Assembly (NCBI GenBank): GCA_965219535.1
Contig: CBDCNV010000002.1
Coordinates: 1,770,001 to 1,802,000, forward strand
DNA: 32,000 nt
Direction of reading: 5' to 3'
Source of the DNA: Opitutales bacterium
GTDB taxonomy: Bacteria > Verrucomicrobiota > Verrucomicrobiia > Opitutales > PNEW01
Shown: positions 9,934 to 19,500 of the stretch, piece by piece
How positions within the stretch are numbered: position 1 is the first letter of the stretch
Layout of the letters: the number at the start of each line of letters is the position of its first letter
The notes under the pieces: generated by a model
Told to the model about the DNA's origin: nothing
Databases searched by the model: none
The model's input: the letters and a program-made list of their open reading frames with translations, nothing else
Position numbers and translations under genes: made by a program

Positions 9934-10746
9934 TCACTTAAAGATGCTGAACCCGCCGTCAACTACCAGGTTGTGGCCAGAAACATAGTCAGACGCTGAA
10001 GAAGCGAGAAAAAGGGCAGCTCCTTTTAAATCCACTCCCATACGCCCCATTCTTCCCGCCATCGTCATATCACCAAAATCTTTCACGAATCCATCCGGTA
10101 AATCTCCTTTATCAAAACCACCTGGTGAAATGGCATTTACATGAACACCCATTGGTGTGAGCAGTCCCGCCAGGTCCATAGTCATTCCAACTACCCCGGA
10201 TTTGGCTGCGGCATAATCAATGGGTTGTTGTTCTTTATTGTTGCGTTCATACATACTACGGTCTCGACCGACAAGCCCTCCCGCTGAAGCAATATTAATA
10301 ATTTTTCCTCTCCCTTGTTCAACCATGTGACGACCCACTTCCTGGCAGCAAAACAGAGAGCCTATAAGATTCGTGGAAATCAATTGAATAATATCATCGG
10401 GTGATCGTTTGAATAAGTAACCGGTACTTTTTCCACTGCCACCACCGGCATTATTTATCAGAATGTCGATATGTCCCTTCCACGCTTTAGCTTTTTCTGC
10501 CATCGCTTGGACTTCGTCATGTTTACATTGATCCATCGTTAATGCCAGCGTATCAACGCCATATTCCGTTTTTATTTTCCCCAATGCATCTTCGGCGCGA
10601 TCGAGGGTGCGTGAAGTTATTATGATATCACTGCCGAACTCAGCCAGGGCACAGGCCATATCATAACCGAGCCACTCACTTCCGCCCGTTACAATCGATA
10701 CTTTGTCTTTTAAATTAAACATCTCACTTACGCTGTTCTCGTTCAT
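9934..10746 (-). CDS. Short-chain dehydrogenase/reductase (SDR) family oxidoreductase
   Basis: TGGSEWLG cofactor motif, NNAG, and catalytic YAAAKSG (YxxxK). A strong SD (AAGGAGA) lies 5 nt upstream of the ATG. Confidence 0.85.
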   Translation of the reverse strand: MNENSVSEMFNLKDKVSIVTGGSEWLGYDMACALAEFGSDIIITSRTLDRAEDALGKIKTEYGVDTLALTMDQCKHDEVQAMAEKAKAWKGHIDILINNAGGGSGKSTGYLFKRSPDDIIQLISTNLIGSLFCCQEVGRHMVEQGRGKIINIASAGGLVGRDRSMYERNNKEQQPIDYAAAKSGVVGMTMDLAGLLTPMGVHVNAISPGGFDKGDLPDGFVKDFGDMTMAGRMGRMGVDLKGAALFLASSASDYVSGHNLVVDGGFSIFK

Positions 10747-10956
10747 TTTTTCTCCTTAATTATAAGGTGTATAAACAGAAATATCTGTTCAATTGTTATT
10801 CATGCTGAGTCTAAAACCCGAAGCTACCGTTTAAGAATGATTCGTCAAGGGATTAGCTTTCCAGCTGTACAACGAACGCGCTGAGCCGAATAGCACTGAG
10901 AGAAGCCCAACCTAACCGCGTTGCTTCCAAACCGACTTATCGCACACTGCAAGTGC

Positions 10957-13218
10957 TTATACTGCCGCTTCTGTAGGAACGGCTTCTTCTATACCCGCAG
11001 ACTCTCCGGCCTCGAGTTTAACCATATCCGGCGGAATATTTGCAATCGCTTCCATCATTGTCGTCACCCCTTCTTGAACCTTATACATGCTGTCTTGATG
11101 AAGCGTTCTCATTCCAGTGCGCATCGCGATACGTTTGATCGTGGCGGTCTCCGCTCTTTCATTAATAGCTTTAATGATATCCTCATTATTTTGCATGAGT
11201 TCATGGATGCCGACACGACCTTTATAGCCAACCCCTCCACAAGTCGGACAACCATCTTCTGGAGCTCGGAAAATCTGGCCGCTCCATTGAATGGCACTTT
11301 CAATGATTTCTTTCTCATTTCCTTCCGGCTCATAAGAGTCTTTACAGTTTTTACAAACGCGGCGACCCAATCGCTGGGCACAGACAACCAAGAGTGAGGC
11401 GGATATCATGAAAGGCTCAATTCCCATATCAGTAAAACGGGCAACCGTGCTGGGTGCGTCATTGGTGTGGAGCGTACTGAGAAGCAAGTGACCCGTAAGC
11501 GCGGCCTCAACCGCAATCTCGGCCGTTTCCTGGTCACGAATTTCCCCTACGAGAATGACATCGGGATCCATACGCAAATAACAGCGCAAGGCGGCTGCAA
11601 AGGTGAGCCCAATCTGCTTATGCATTTGCATCTGATTAACACCTGCGAGGGTATATTCGATCGGGTCCTCAGCGGTCTGGATATTGATTTCAGGAGAGGC
11701 GATTTCCTGCAGCGCGGAGAACAGGGTCATCGATTTACCGGAACCCGTAGGCCCGCAGTGTAAAAGCATCCCATAGGGCTGCCGTATACAGGCTCGATAT
11801 TTTTCAAGGTTATAATCTGAGAAACCAAGTGCGGTAATTGGGAGAGCGGCCTGAGATTTATCAAGAATACGCATGACCACTTTTTCTCCAAAATTCATCG
11901 GCCCAATAGCCACGCGCAAGTCAACATCGATGTTCTTCTTCGTATAATGTTTAAAAACGATACGTCCGTCCTGCGGGAGGCGTTTTTCAGCGATGTCGAG
12001 ATCACTCATGACTTTATGGCGGGCAACGAGCGAACCTGCAACTGCAATTGGAAGACGTAATTTTTCCTGGCATATGCCATCAATGCGGTAGCGAACAAGC
12101 AGTTCCTTTTCCAGCGGCTCAATGTGAATATCACTTGCTCCTGAAACATAGGCGTCTTCAATAACACGGTTAGCGAGTAGTATTACCGGAGCTGATTCCT
12201 CATCGCCTAATTCATCGTCGGAAATATTACCACCACCCCCGCCGCCATCGGCATCGAACTCCGTTCCAATAACATCTGCTAATTCCGACATTTCGGCACC
12301 CATTTCGCTGGGATCAATTTGGCCACCGCCATCATCTTTAAAATATTTTTTAAGCAGACTATCGAAAAATGATGCAGGGGCGACGTTTACTTCCTCGACA
12401 ACGAGTTCAGTGGTAGTGGCAAAACTTTCGCGCCTGGGATAATCAAGCGGGTTGGTCATGAGGGCGGCAATACTGGTAGGACTCAGCCGTTTATAGGGAA
12501 ATATTCCCTCACGTTTAATTACCGCATCACCGACAACTTCGAGGAGTTTATCATCAATCTGAATCTCCTCTTCTTTAGTGATCATGGCGCAATTGGTAAA
12601 CTTGGCAATGAATTGTGCGGTTTCAAGATCACTGATCTCAAATTTCGGATCCAGCATGCGCTGTATAAGCGGGGCCGAATATTCCGCCACCTCATTTACA
12701 ACTTGAAGATCAGGATCGCCAAATTCCCGCGTCGGGGCGTCCGGTTCCTTATTGAGAAGCTGAATAGCACCGATGACTTTTTTCGTTTTTAGGGGTACCG
12801 TAAGCATCGAGGTAACTTCAAACCCGGTATCCTTTGCCATGGAGTACATGGCTTCACTGTTTTCTGAAAGTGAGAAGAAGGCGGGTTCACCCGAATTGAT
12901 GACCTGGCCAACGATGCCGGTACCCATGGGTATTCTCAGTTCGAGCAGTTTCTCTTTTTTTTCCTGAAATTCTTTTTCCTTGTCCAAGTCGTTACTCCAC
13001 AAGGTGGGGGAATAATAAACATAATTAAATGCAATATCATTACCATCTACGAGGTAAAGGGTCATGGATTGGTCCTGTAATCCTTCCACTACTTTGCTCG
13101 AAGTCAGTTCGATCACGGAACTGACATCTTCCTTGCTCGGTTGTGGTTTTGAAATGACCTTGAGAAGGAGTGTTCTTCTCAGTGTTCCCGATAAACCCGG
13201 CTGGGAGATAGTAGCCAT
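10957..13218 (-). CDS. GspE/PilB-family secretion ATPase with an N-terminal GAF domain
   Basis: C-terminal half has Walker A GPTGSGKS, Walker [13 protein letters not shown], His box LLLSTLHTN and tetracysteine CKNC...CPTC. The middle has a T2SSE_N-like segment ([11 protein letters not shown]...ALMTNPLD). The N-terminal ~170 aa look like GAF ([14 protein letters not shown]...[21 protein letters not shown]). An acidic/Gly linker follows ([20 protein letters not shown]). Confidence 0.85.
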   Translation of the reverse strand: MATISQPGLSGTLRRTLLLKVISKPQPSKEDVSSVIELTSSKVVEGLQDQSMTLYLVDGNDIAFNYVYYSPTLWSNDLDKEKEFQEKKEKLLELRIPMGTGIVGQVINSGEPAFFSLSENSEAMYSMAKDTGFEVTSMLTVPLKTKKVIGAIQLLNKEPDAPTREFGDPDLQVVNEVAEYSAPLIQRMLDPKFEISDLETAQFIAKFTNCAMITKEEEIQIDDKLLEVVGDAVIKREGIFPYKRLSPTSIAALMTNPLDYPRRESFATTTELVVEEVNVAPASFFDSLLKKYFKDDGGGQIDPSEMGAEMSELADVIGTEFDADGGGGGGNISDDELGDEESAPVILLANRVIEDAYVSGASDIHIEPLEKELLVRYRIDGICQEKLRLPIAVAGSLVARHKVMSDLDIAEKRLPQDGRIVFKHYTKKNIDVDLRVAIGPMNFGEKVVMRILDKSQAALPITALGFSDYNLEKYRACIRQPYGMLLHCGPTGSGKSMTLFSALQEIASPEINIQTAEDPIEYTLAGVNQMQMHKQIGLTFAAALRCYLRMDPDVILVGEIRDQETAEIAVEAALTGHLLLSTLHTNDAPSTVARFTDMGIEPFMISASLLVVCAQRLGRRVCKNCKDSYEPEGNEKEIIESAIQWSGQIFRAPEDGCPTCGGVGYKGRVGIHELMQNNEDIIKAINERAETATIKRIAMRTGMRTLHQDSMYKVQEGVTTMMEAIANIPPDMVKLEAGESAGIEEAVPTEAAV

Positions 13219-13351
13219 AAATCAAATATTTTAAATGAGGCGATATGAACAAACGCTATTAATATAATCGGTCGCTGTTCGATATAAATTTAATAATATA
13301 ATAATACTATTATGCAATTTTTTTTGTGATAACATATTTAAAATAATATTG

Positions 13352-13386
13352 AATTAAGGGTTTGGCAATCAAGTAATTAAGGGTTT
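13352..13386. repeat. Two perfect copies of AATTAAGGGTTT (13352-13363 and 13375-13386) in an AT-rich divergent promoter region
   Basis: Read directly from the sequence. Copies start 23 bp apart, 39-73 bp upstream of the yraN ATG. Statistical support is only borderline in such AT-rich DNA. Confidence 0.35.
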
Positions 13387-13424
13387 CGTAGGAAAAAAAT
13401 ACGATTTGAGGGGATTTTTTGTTA

Positions 13425-13808
13425 ATGCTGGAATTTATTAACCGTATCTTGCATGGACGTTTTTCAAGTAAAATAGTAACCCCGGTTGAAATTGGGCGAT
13501 TCGGCGAATATCGAGCGTTAGAATACCTGCGGCGGGTAAAAAAATTTCGTATAATCTGCCGCAACTGGAAATATCGTCACGGAGAGATCGATCTGGTTGC
13601 CTGGGATAATGAGGTGCTTGTCTTTATCGAAGTGCGCACCCGCCGTAAAAGTGCTCTCGTCTCCGGCTTTTATACGGTAGGTTATCGCAAAAAGAATGTT
13701 TTACGTCGCACATGCAAGGCTTATATGAATGGCCTGCGACGACCGCCAAATCATTTTCGTTTTGACATCGTCGAAGTGAACTATGGAAAGGAAATGATTT
13801 TAGTGTAA
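13425..13808 (+). CDS. yraN: YraN family (UPF0102) endonuclease-like protein
   Basis: GRFGEYRALEYL...GEIDLVAWDNEVLVFIEVRTRR is the PD-(D/E)xK-like core of UPF0102. I prefer the ATG at 13425 to the track's TTG at 13419. Confidence 0.85.
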   Translation: MLEFINRILHGRFSSKIVTPVEIGRFGEYRALEYLRRVKKFRIICRNWKYRHGEIDLVAWDNEVLVFIEVRTRRKSALVSGFYTVGYRKKNVLRRTCKAYMNGLRRPPNHFRFDIVEVNYGKEMILV

Positions 13809-13865
13809 GTCACTTCGAGAATATTGATTTGTTTTCCAAGTATTATCACCCGAATTAAGCATTAA

Positions 13866-15413
13866 ATGAGTGAAGAAAGCAGACATCCTTTCCTTCAAGG
13901 ATTGAGTAAATACCGTGGCGTGTCCCCGACAATTATTGTGATTTTTGGCGCTTCTGGTGACCTTACTGCACGCAAGCTGCTGCCTGCGATCTACAACCTG
14001 AGTATCGATAACCTGTTGCCGACTGATTTTTACTTCATCGGATTTGGGCGCAAAGAGATTTCGGATGATGATTTCCGAAAGCTTTCAGATGAGTCTATTA
14101 AAAGTTTTTCACGTAGCTCGATGAAAAGTGAAGTATGGGAGAGAATCCGAAACAGGACATTTTATCTTTCCGGTGGTTACGATGAGATTGAAGCTTTTCA
14201 CCGGTTAAATAAGAAAGTGTCAGCTCTGGAAAATGAAGCGGGACGTGAACTGCAGTTACTTATATATTTATCCACACCCCCCTCCGTCTTTGAACCCATA
14301 TTAAGCCATCTGGGGAAGAGTGGATTAGCTTCGCGACATGAAAATTCACAGAACTCATCCAAGATAATTATTGAAAAACCGTTTGGGCACGACTTGGTAT
14401 CGGCGCAAAAGCTAAATCGAATTATAAGTCAGGAATTTTCAGAAAGTCAGGTCTTTCGCATCGATCACTATCTGGGAAAAGAAACAGTGCAGGACTTACT
14501 CGTTCAACGATTTGCCAATGCTATTTTTGAACCTATATGGAACCGAGAATACGTAGACTGTGTACAGATTACCGTGGCTGAAGCTTTAGGCGTGGGATCT
14601 CGCGGTGGTTATTATGACAAAAGTGGTGCACTTCGTGATATGGTTCAAAACCATACGATGCAGCTGCTTTCCCTTATTGCGATGGAACCACCTGTCTCTC
14701 TTGATCCGGAAGCTATTCGTGATGAGAAAGTCAAAGTTTTAAAGTCTATTCAACCTCTCGGTCTTAATAAGAATACAAGTGACGTGATACGCGCACAGTA
14801 TAATGCAGGTTTTGTTGACGGTGAAAAAGTGATCAGTTATCTTCAGGAAGATGGCATACCCCAAGGATCGAATACTGAAACTTATGCCTCGCTTCGCTTA
14901 TCGATAAATAACTGGCGATGGAAAGGGGTACCTTTCTATATGCGTTCTGGCAAACGTATGGCCCGTCGCATCAGCGAGATTGCGATACAGTTCAAGCGTC
15001 CACCCGGTATTCTTTTTATCGAAGATGATCGATACGATGTCGCTTCGAACACGATGGTCATTCGCATTCAACCCGATGAAGGGGTCACCCTGCTTTTAAA
15101 TGCAAAGATTCCCGGCCTGGAAACACGCACCCAGCCAGTAAAAATGCACTACCGTTACGCTACGACCTTTGGCTCTAATACTCCCGAAGCCTACGAGCGC
15201 TTGATTTTAGATGCCATGATCGGGGACAGTACGCTCTTTATTCGAGGAGACGAAACCGAAGCGTCATGGAAAATTATTACACCGATACTTGAATTCTGGG
15301 AGACCTGCAGCAATGAAGGGCTCGATTCTTATGTCGCCGGTTCATGGGGACCAGAGTCAGCTGATCTTCTATTAGCGGAAAATAGTCACGAATGGCGCAA
15401 GGCGGGCCCCTGA
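13866..15413 (+). CDS. zwf: Glucose-6-phosphate 1-dehydrogenase
   Basis: FGASGDLTARKLLPA dinucleotide motif and the RIDHYLGKE active-site signature. 515 aa. Confidence 0.95.
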   Translation: MSEESRHPFLQGLSKYRGVSPTIIVIFGASGDLTARKLLPAIYNLSIDNLLPTDFYFIGFGRKEISDDDFRKLSDESIKSFSRSSMKSEVWERIRNRTFYLSGGYDEIEAFHRLNKKVSALENEAGRELQLLIYLSTPPSVFEPILSHLGKSGLASRHENSQNSSKIIIEKPFGHDLVSAQKLNRIISQEFSESQVFRIDHYLGKETVQDLLVQRFANAIFEPIWNREYVDCVQITVAEALGVGSRGGYYDKSGALRDMVQNHTMQLLSLIAMEPPVSLDPEAIRDEKVKVLKSIQPLGLNKNTSDVIRAQYNAGFVDGEKVISYLQEDGIPQGSNTETYASLRLSINNWRWKGVPFYMRSGKRMARRISEIAIQFKRPPGILFIEDDRYDVASNTMVIRIQPDEGVTLLLNAKIPGLETRTQPVKMHYRYATTFGSNTPEAYERLILDAMIGDSTLFIRGDETEASWKIITPILEFWETCSNEGLDSYVAGSWGPESADLLLAENSHEWRKAGP

Positions 15414-15444
15414 TCGAAATATCGAAAACCCAGTTTTTTCTCTT

Positions 15445-16440
15445 ATGACATCACTCCTCGACTCACTGCCAGGCATGCCCTTACCGGTGGCTAAGGTGAC
15501 AGATATGATTGCGGCAATGTGGCAAAGTGAGTCGACCGATGGGGAAGCACCGTCTGAATTTCGCGCTTCTCAGATGAATCTTATTCTACATTTTGGGCGG
15601 TCGACATCGCAGAAGGAAGCGCTCACTCAGTTTGAAATTGCCTTGCGATTTGCTCAGCGTTATCCCTGCCGGATTATTGTGCTATGCCCGGTCCTCGATG
15701 AAGCGGACGATTATCAACTGAGTGCCAAACTCTACGCGCAATGTTATATGGGTGAATCGTTTGACACCAAGACCTGCAGTGAATCACTCTTACTCGGGTA
15801 TTCGCCGGAGCACTTAGATCATTTAGAGAACCAGGTTACTACCTGGTTGGAAAGTGATCTGCCGATTTATATCTGGCTCCACAAAGTTCATGCAAGTGAG
15901 ATAATTAAAAATTTCTCGGGAATATTAAAATCCTGTCGGCGGTTGGTCTACGATTCATCGATTGAGGGTGATCCCGACAAGGCTGTTCCCTGGCCAACCT
16001 ATCTCAAGGTTAGGGATCTTGCTTACTCGCGAACACTACCTCTGCGCCAGTCAATTGGCCAGTTTCTCAGTGCATATCCACCCGTTGATTTGATCGATGG
16101 ATTGGAGGAGGTGGAGATAAAATATGCTGCCGGGAGAGGAGGTGAGAGTCACGGGCTCCTCGTATGGCATCGTGCCAGCCTCATTGATTGCGCGGGAAAA
16201 AAAGAAACTAAATTAGACGACAAAACTTTTAAAACACGTCTGCTCGAGAATTCTACTGATTTGGAATTAGATGTGAATTGGACTTACGGTGATGGTAATC
16301 GATTTTTCCATTGGGAAGTTAAAAAAGGAACTAATCTAGGAGAATTGAAAGCTAATTTTGGAAAAGGAGAGCTGACATTTCCTTTTTCTATCAAATTACT
16401 CGAACCGGAGACAGCCCTCGGTGAGGCATTATTTTTTTAA
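15445..16440 (+). CDS. opcA: Probable OpcA-like G6PDH assembly/effector protein
   Basis: Lies 31 nt downstream of zwf. RASQMNLILHF, YPCRIIVLCP and SDLPIYIWL resemble conserved OpcA blocks. Assigned from context plus weak motif recall only. Confidence 0.55.
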   Translation: MTSLLDSLPGMPLPVAKVTDMIAAMWQSESTDGEAPSEFRASQMNLILHFGRSTSQKEALTQFEIALRFAQRYPCRIIVLCPVLDEADDYQLSAKLYAQCYMGESFDTKTCSESLLLGYSPEHLDHLENQVTTWLESDLPIYIWLHKVHASEIIKNFSGILKSCRRLVYDSSIEGDPDKAVPWPTYLKVRDLAYSRTLPLRQSIGQFLSAYPPVDLIDGLEEVEIKYAAGRGGESHGLLVWHRASLIDCAGKKETKLDDKTFKTRLLENSTDLELDVNWTYGDGNRFFHWEVKKGTNLGELKANFGKGELTFPFSIKLLEPETALGEALFF

Positions 16441-16542
16441 TTTTCTATCCTGATTTATGCGGGCAATTATCGAAATTTATATCCACGCTAGCCGTAAGGA
16501 ACATCACTTGACTCTACAGTCTTGTTGCCACAAAGATGGCCT

Positions 16543-17331
16543 ATGCATTCTCTTGTAAATTATAGTGTCCCCCGAGGTAAACTCGCCGTCCATTGGTTCG
16601 GTCAGAGTTCATTTGCGATTAAAACATCGGGGGGCACGATTGTACTTGTAGATCCTTATTTCCCTCACGATCGACCCGCCGATGTATTGATTCATGCAGA
16701 ACCGCCTTTGGACGAGTCTAGCTTGCCCGTGCACGGGGTACTTCTCACTCACGATCACGGAGATCATACGCATCCGGAGACCTTGGACCGTGTTATTAAT
16801 AAATCACCAGAAGCGGTCTTTTTCGGACCGATTGAAAGTAAAATACGAGTCGGTGAACTGGGTGTGGGTGACGATAATTTCACAACCGTGGAGGTTGGAA
16901 GTTCCTATTCGCTAGGTGACTTAAATATTCATGTCGTTTACGCGAAACCACCCGAGGGTGATCCGGACAACAATATCGATACACCAGATGTAACCCACAT
17001 CGGTTTTGTCGTCGAAAGTGATGATGTGCGCCTTTATATAACGGGAGATCCGATCAATACTTTTGCGGACATCGACACCTTAGTAGAACCCGTCAGAGCG
17101 CTTGCACCTCAAGTTGGCTGGATTACCTGTCATCCAACAGAAGGAGAATTCCCGTTTTTTGAGGGTTGTGTGAAGATGGCTCAGCGCATTGGACTGGAGC
17201 AAGTCTTTCCCTCTCATTACCAGTGTTTTGTTGAACGTAATTACGAACCTGACGAATGGGCTTCAAAATTTCCAGCAGATGGACCAAAACCGCGCGTGAT
17301 GAATTATAATGATACGGTTCTTGTTCCCTAG
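16543..17331 (+). CDS. MBL-fold metallo-hydrolase
   Basis: HxHxDH motif (LLTHDHGDHTHPE) and an N-terminal beta-lactamase-fold pattern (WFGQSSFAIK..GTIVLVDPYF). I prefer the ATG at 16543 to the TTG at 16522. Confidence 0.75.
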   Translation: MHSLVNYSVPRGKLAVHWFGQSSFAIKTSGGTIVLVDPYFPHDRPADVLIHAEPPLDESSLPVHGVLLTHDHGDHTHPETLDRVINKSPEAVFFGPIESKIRVGELGVGDDNFTTVEVGSSYSLGDLNIHVVYAKPPEGDPDNNIDTPDVTHIGFVVESDDVRLYITGDPINTFADIDTLVEPVRALAPQVGWITCHPTEGEFPFFEGCVKMAQRIGLEQVFPSHYQCFVERNYEPDEWASKFPADGPKPRVMNYNDTVLVP

Positions 17332-17347
17332 AACCTAAGAAATAGAT

Positions 17348-18370
17348 ATGAGTGACGCGAATATATTGAAACTTGCTTTCGTCGGCTGTGGAGCCATAGC
17401 CCGCTATCATCTCAATGGAATAAAAGAACATGCCCCAGAGATTCAAGTTACTGCAGCTATTGATACTGCGAGGGAAAAGGCTGAATTAATTGCGGCAGAA
17501 ACCGGGGCCAAAATATACACTTCTTTAGAGGAAAGTCTAGCGGAGGGAGATTTCGATGCGGTTGACTTGATGTTGCCTCATGACCTTCACGAGAGTGCGG
17601 CAATCCAGACACTTGGAGCGGGTAAACACCTGGTGTTAGAAAAGCCCATAGCTCCAACCTTAGAAGCGTGCGATCGTATATTCGCGGCGGCCAAAAAAGC
17701 GGGCACTATATTTATGGTAGCTGAAAACACGCAGTACTGGCCAGAGATTGTAAAAGCTCAAGAAATGATACAAATGGGAATAATCGGTGAGATTATTACC
17801 GCGCGCGCTGCTTATGAAATGGAATTTAATGATTACTGGTTTAAAGATAAAAAACCATGGCGTTATGATAAATCGCGCACGGGTGGTGGCATAGTCGTCG
17901 ACGGAGGTGCTCACTGGATACGGCCCTTACGCATGTGGATGGGAGAAATTGATGAAGTTATAGGTGTCCTGGACTACCCCCTTGACGAGATGGAAGGTGA
18001 ATCAATGGCCAAAGCAGTCTTTCGTTTTCAGTCGGGGAAAATTGCCAGTTTTGAAGCGATGTTAGCAAAAACCATTATGGGACCGAGTACCTGGTTTCGT
18101 ATAACGGGAACGAAAGGGGAAATCCATATCGAAGGGGGCTTGGTAGGCAGTATAATCCTCTATGATGCTGACAACCGCGAAGGAAAAAAGATAATGGAAG
18201 CGCAAGGCTATCCCCAGTCCTTTGGGCCCGAATTAAAGGATTTTGCACGGGCCGTTTTAAAAGGCAAACCTTTGGACGCAGGGCCGGAACAGGCTTACGG
18301 CGAATTGCGCACTGCCCTCGCTCTCTACCGATCAGCTGAAACAGGTCATTGGGAAAAAGTTTGGGATTGA
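17348..18370 (+). CDS. Gfo/Idh/MocA family oxidoreductase
   Basis: LAFVGCGAIARYH Rossmann motif and EKP motif (LVLEKPIAP). 340 aa. Confidence 0.85.
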   Translation: MSDANILKLAFVGCGAIARYHLNGIKEHAPEIQVTAAIDTAREKAELIAAETGAKIYTSLEESLAEGDFDAVDLMLPHDLHESAAIQTLGAGKHLVLEKPIAPTLEACDRIFAAAKKAGTIFMVAENTQYWPEIVKAQEMIQMGIIGEIITARAAYEMEFNDYWFKDKKPWRYDKSRTGGGIVVDGGAHWIRPLRMWMGEIDEVIGVLDYPLDEMEGESMAKAVFRFQSGKIASFEAMLAKTIMGPSTWFRITGTKGEIHIEGGLVGSIILYDADNREGKKIMEAQGYPQSFGPELKDFARAVLKGKPLDAGPEQAYGELRTALALYRSAETGHWEKVWD

Positions 18371-18457
18371 AGCTCTTGATTCACCCAGGTTATTCTAAAC
18401 CTTCTCACTGTAGAACTCCCTTTAACGCTATCATTATCGTTTTTAAAAATAATTAAT

Positions 18458-19264
18458 ATGGATGCTATACCCGCGATAACTTATCACCAGGTGTTGTCAG
18501 AGGCTATGCCGGTTCGAGAGCGTAAACCCGGCGAAGGAGTCTTGTCAGGACAAATATACCTGAAGGAATTTACTCAACATATGGATTACCTGGCGGAGGA
18601 GGGATTTACTACCATCACGCATGATCAATTATATCAATGGCAGACCGGGAATGAGGAATTAGGACCTAAGCCTATTGTCATCGATTTTGATGATCATTCA
18701 ATGATCTCCTATATCAATGCATTACCTGTGATGCGGGAGCGTGGGCAAGTGGCGACAATGTATACTATCAGTGGGGTTGCCGATGGTGATCCAACTCTAC
18801 CCGTGGACATGTGGAGTATAGCGCGCATGCGCTGGTCAGAGTTGGAGGTATTGATCGAAGCCGGTTGGGAAATAGGAGCACATACGCGAACGCATCTTTA
18901 CCTTACGACCGCTCCCAAAGGATCCCAGGGCGACGCGCAAATCATGCGTGAACTGGTACAGGGGCTGGTTGACATTGAAATAAACCTCGGTGTAACCCCG
19001 CATCATTTCGCCTATCCTAATGGACTTTGGGATGACCGTGTTGAAATATTAGTAAAGCAGGTTTATAAATCCGCCCGCCATTTCAAATGTTATGGACGCG
19101 CAGAATATATTTCTAAGGAGACCGATCTTTTTCGGCTTCCTACAATGAATGTAAACTACCTGTTGCCATTCGAAGATTTTCAACGATTAGTCAATCGTAC
19201 CGATCCCGAATTTTGCTATTATAAAGAGAGCCAGGTAATCGGACACGCCGGCTCGTCTAATTGA
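18458..19264 (+). CDS. Polysaccharide deacetylase (NodB-homology) family protein
   Basis: IVIDFDDHS (TFDD-type motif 1), GAHTRTH (HxxxH motif 2) and FAYPNG (motif 3). Confidence 0.7.
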   Translation: MDAIPAITYHQVLSEAMPVRERKPGEGVLSGQIYLKEFTQHMDYLAEEGFTTITHDQLYQWQTGNEELGPKPIVIDFDDHSMISYINALPVMRERGQVATMYTISGVADGDPTLPVDMWSIARMRWSELEVLIEAGWEIGAHTRTHLYLTTAPKGSQGDAQIMRELVQGLVDIEINLGVTPHHFAYPNGLWDDRVEILVKQVYKSARHFKCYGRAEYISKETDLFRLPTMNVNYLLPFEDFQRLVNRTDPEFCYYKESQVIGHAGSSN

Positions 19265-19314
19265 TGCCGAGAGAATGATTATTCTTTTCGAAACGGGGAA
19301 AAATTGCCAGCGAC

Positions 19315-19500
19315 CTAACAGCGCTTGCAGCGAATTTTTTTAAAAATCTCGTCCCAATCTCCATCTTCAGCAACATAGTCTAAAAGGCACCTGACAGTTT
19401 TTGAAATGTCCGGCAGCTCATATTTATCTTTGATCGTGTTTAACATCTCCTGGGCGTCGGGTTGTATTTCAACGGTTATTTCAACTTTTTGGCCTGCCAT
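19315..19500 (-). CDS. Hypothetical 61-aa protein, RHH-like pattern with a C-terminal RCKRC
   Basis: An SD-like AAGGA lies 6 nt upstream of the ATG. The gene starts 38 nt downstream of the tyrS stop on the same strand. Strand-helix-helix pattern: VEITVEI / AQEMLNTIKDKY / SKTVRCLLDYV. The protein ends in CxxC. I recognise no family. Confidence 0.55.
   Translation of the reverse strand: MAGQKVEITVEIQPDAQEMLNTIKDKYELPDISKTVRCLLDYVAEDGDWDEIFKKIRCKRC

Noticed and set aside
10921-11397. Long antisense ORFs in the track, for example 10921-11397 (+) inside the ATPase gene, 26570-26995 (-) and 26659-26949 (-) inside trpB, 2627-2989 (-) inside purF, and 30252-30581 (+) inside the PilX-like gene.
   Set aside because: Each lies wholly inside, and antisense to, an ORF with strong family motifs. 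Their translations are low-complexity or Arg/Ser/Pro-rich with no recognisable motifs, as expected for shadow ORFs.
12228-12250. The G/C homopolymer-like stretch encoding GGGGGG in the ATPase linker, considered as a possible frameshift or assembly artefact.
   Set aside because: The reading frame is continuous, with recognisable domains on both sides in the same frame, so the sequence gives no evidence of disruption.
13310-13564. 84-aa minus-strand ORF spanning the AT-rich spacer and the 5' part of yraN.
   Set aside because: It overlaps the well-supported yraN frame. Its composition (Ile/Lys/Asn/Tyr-rich) simply reflects AT-rich DNA, and it has no motif or SD.
16479-16487. DnaA-box-like ATATCCACG (7/9 match to TTATCCACA).
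   Set aside because: It is a single imperfect copy with no cluster of boxes, no adjacent AT-rich unwinding element and no dnaA or dnaN nearby, so it does not support an origin.
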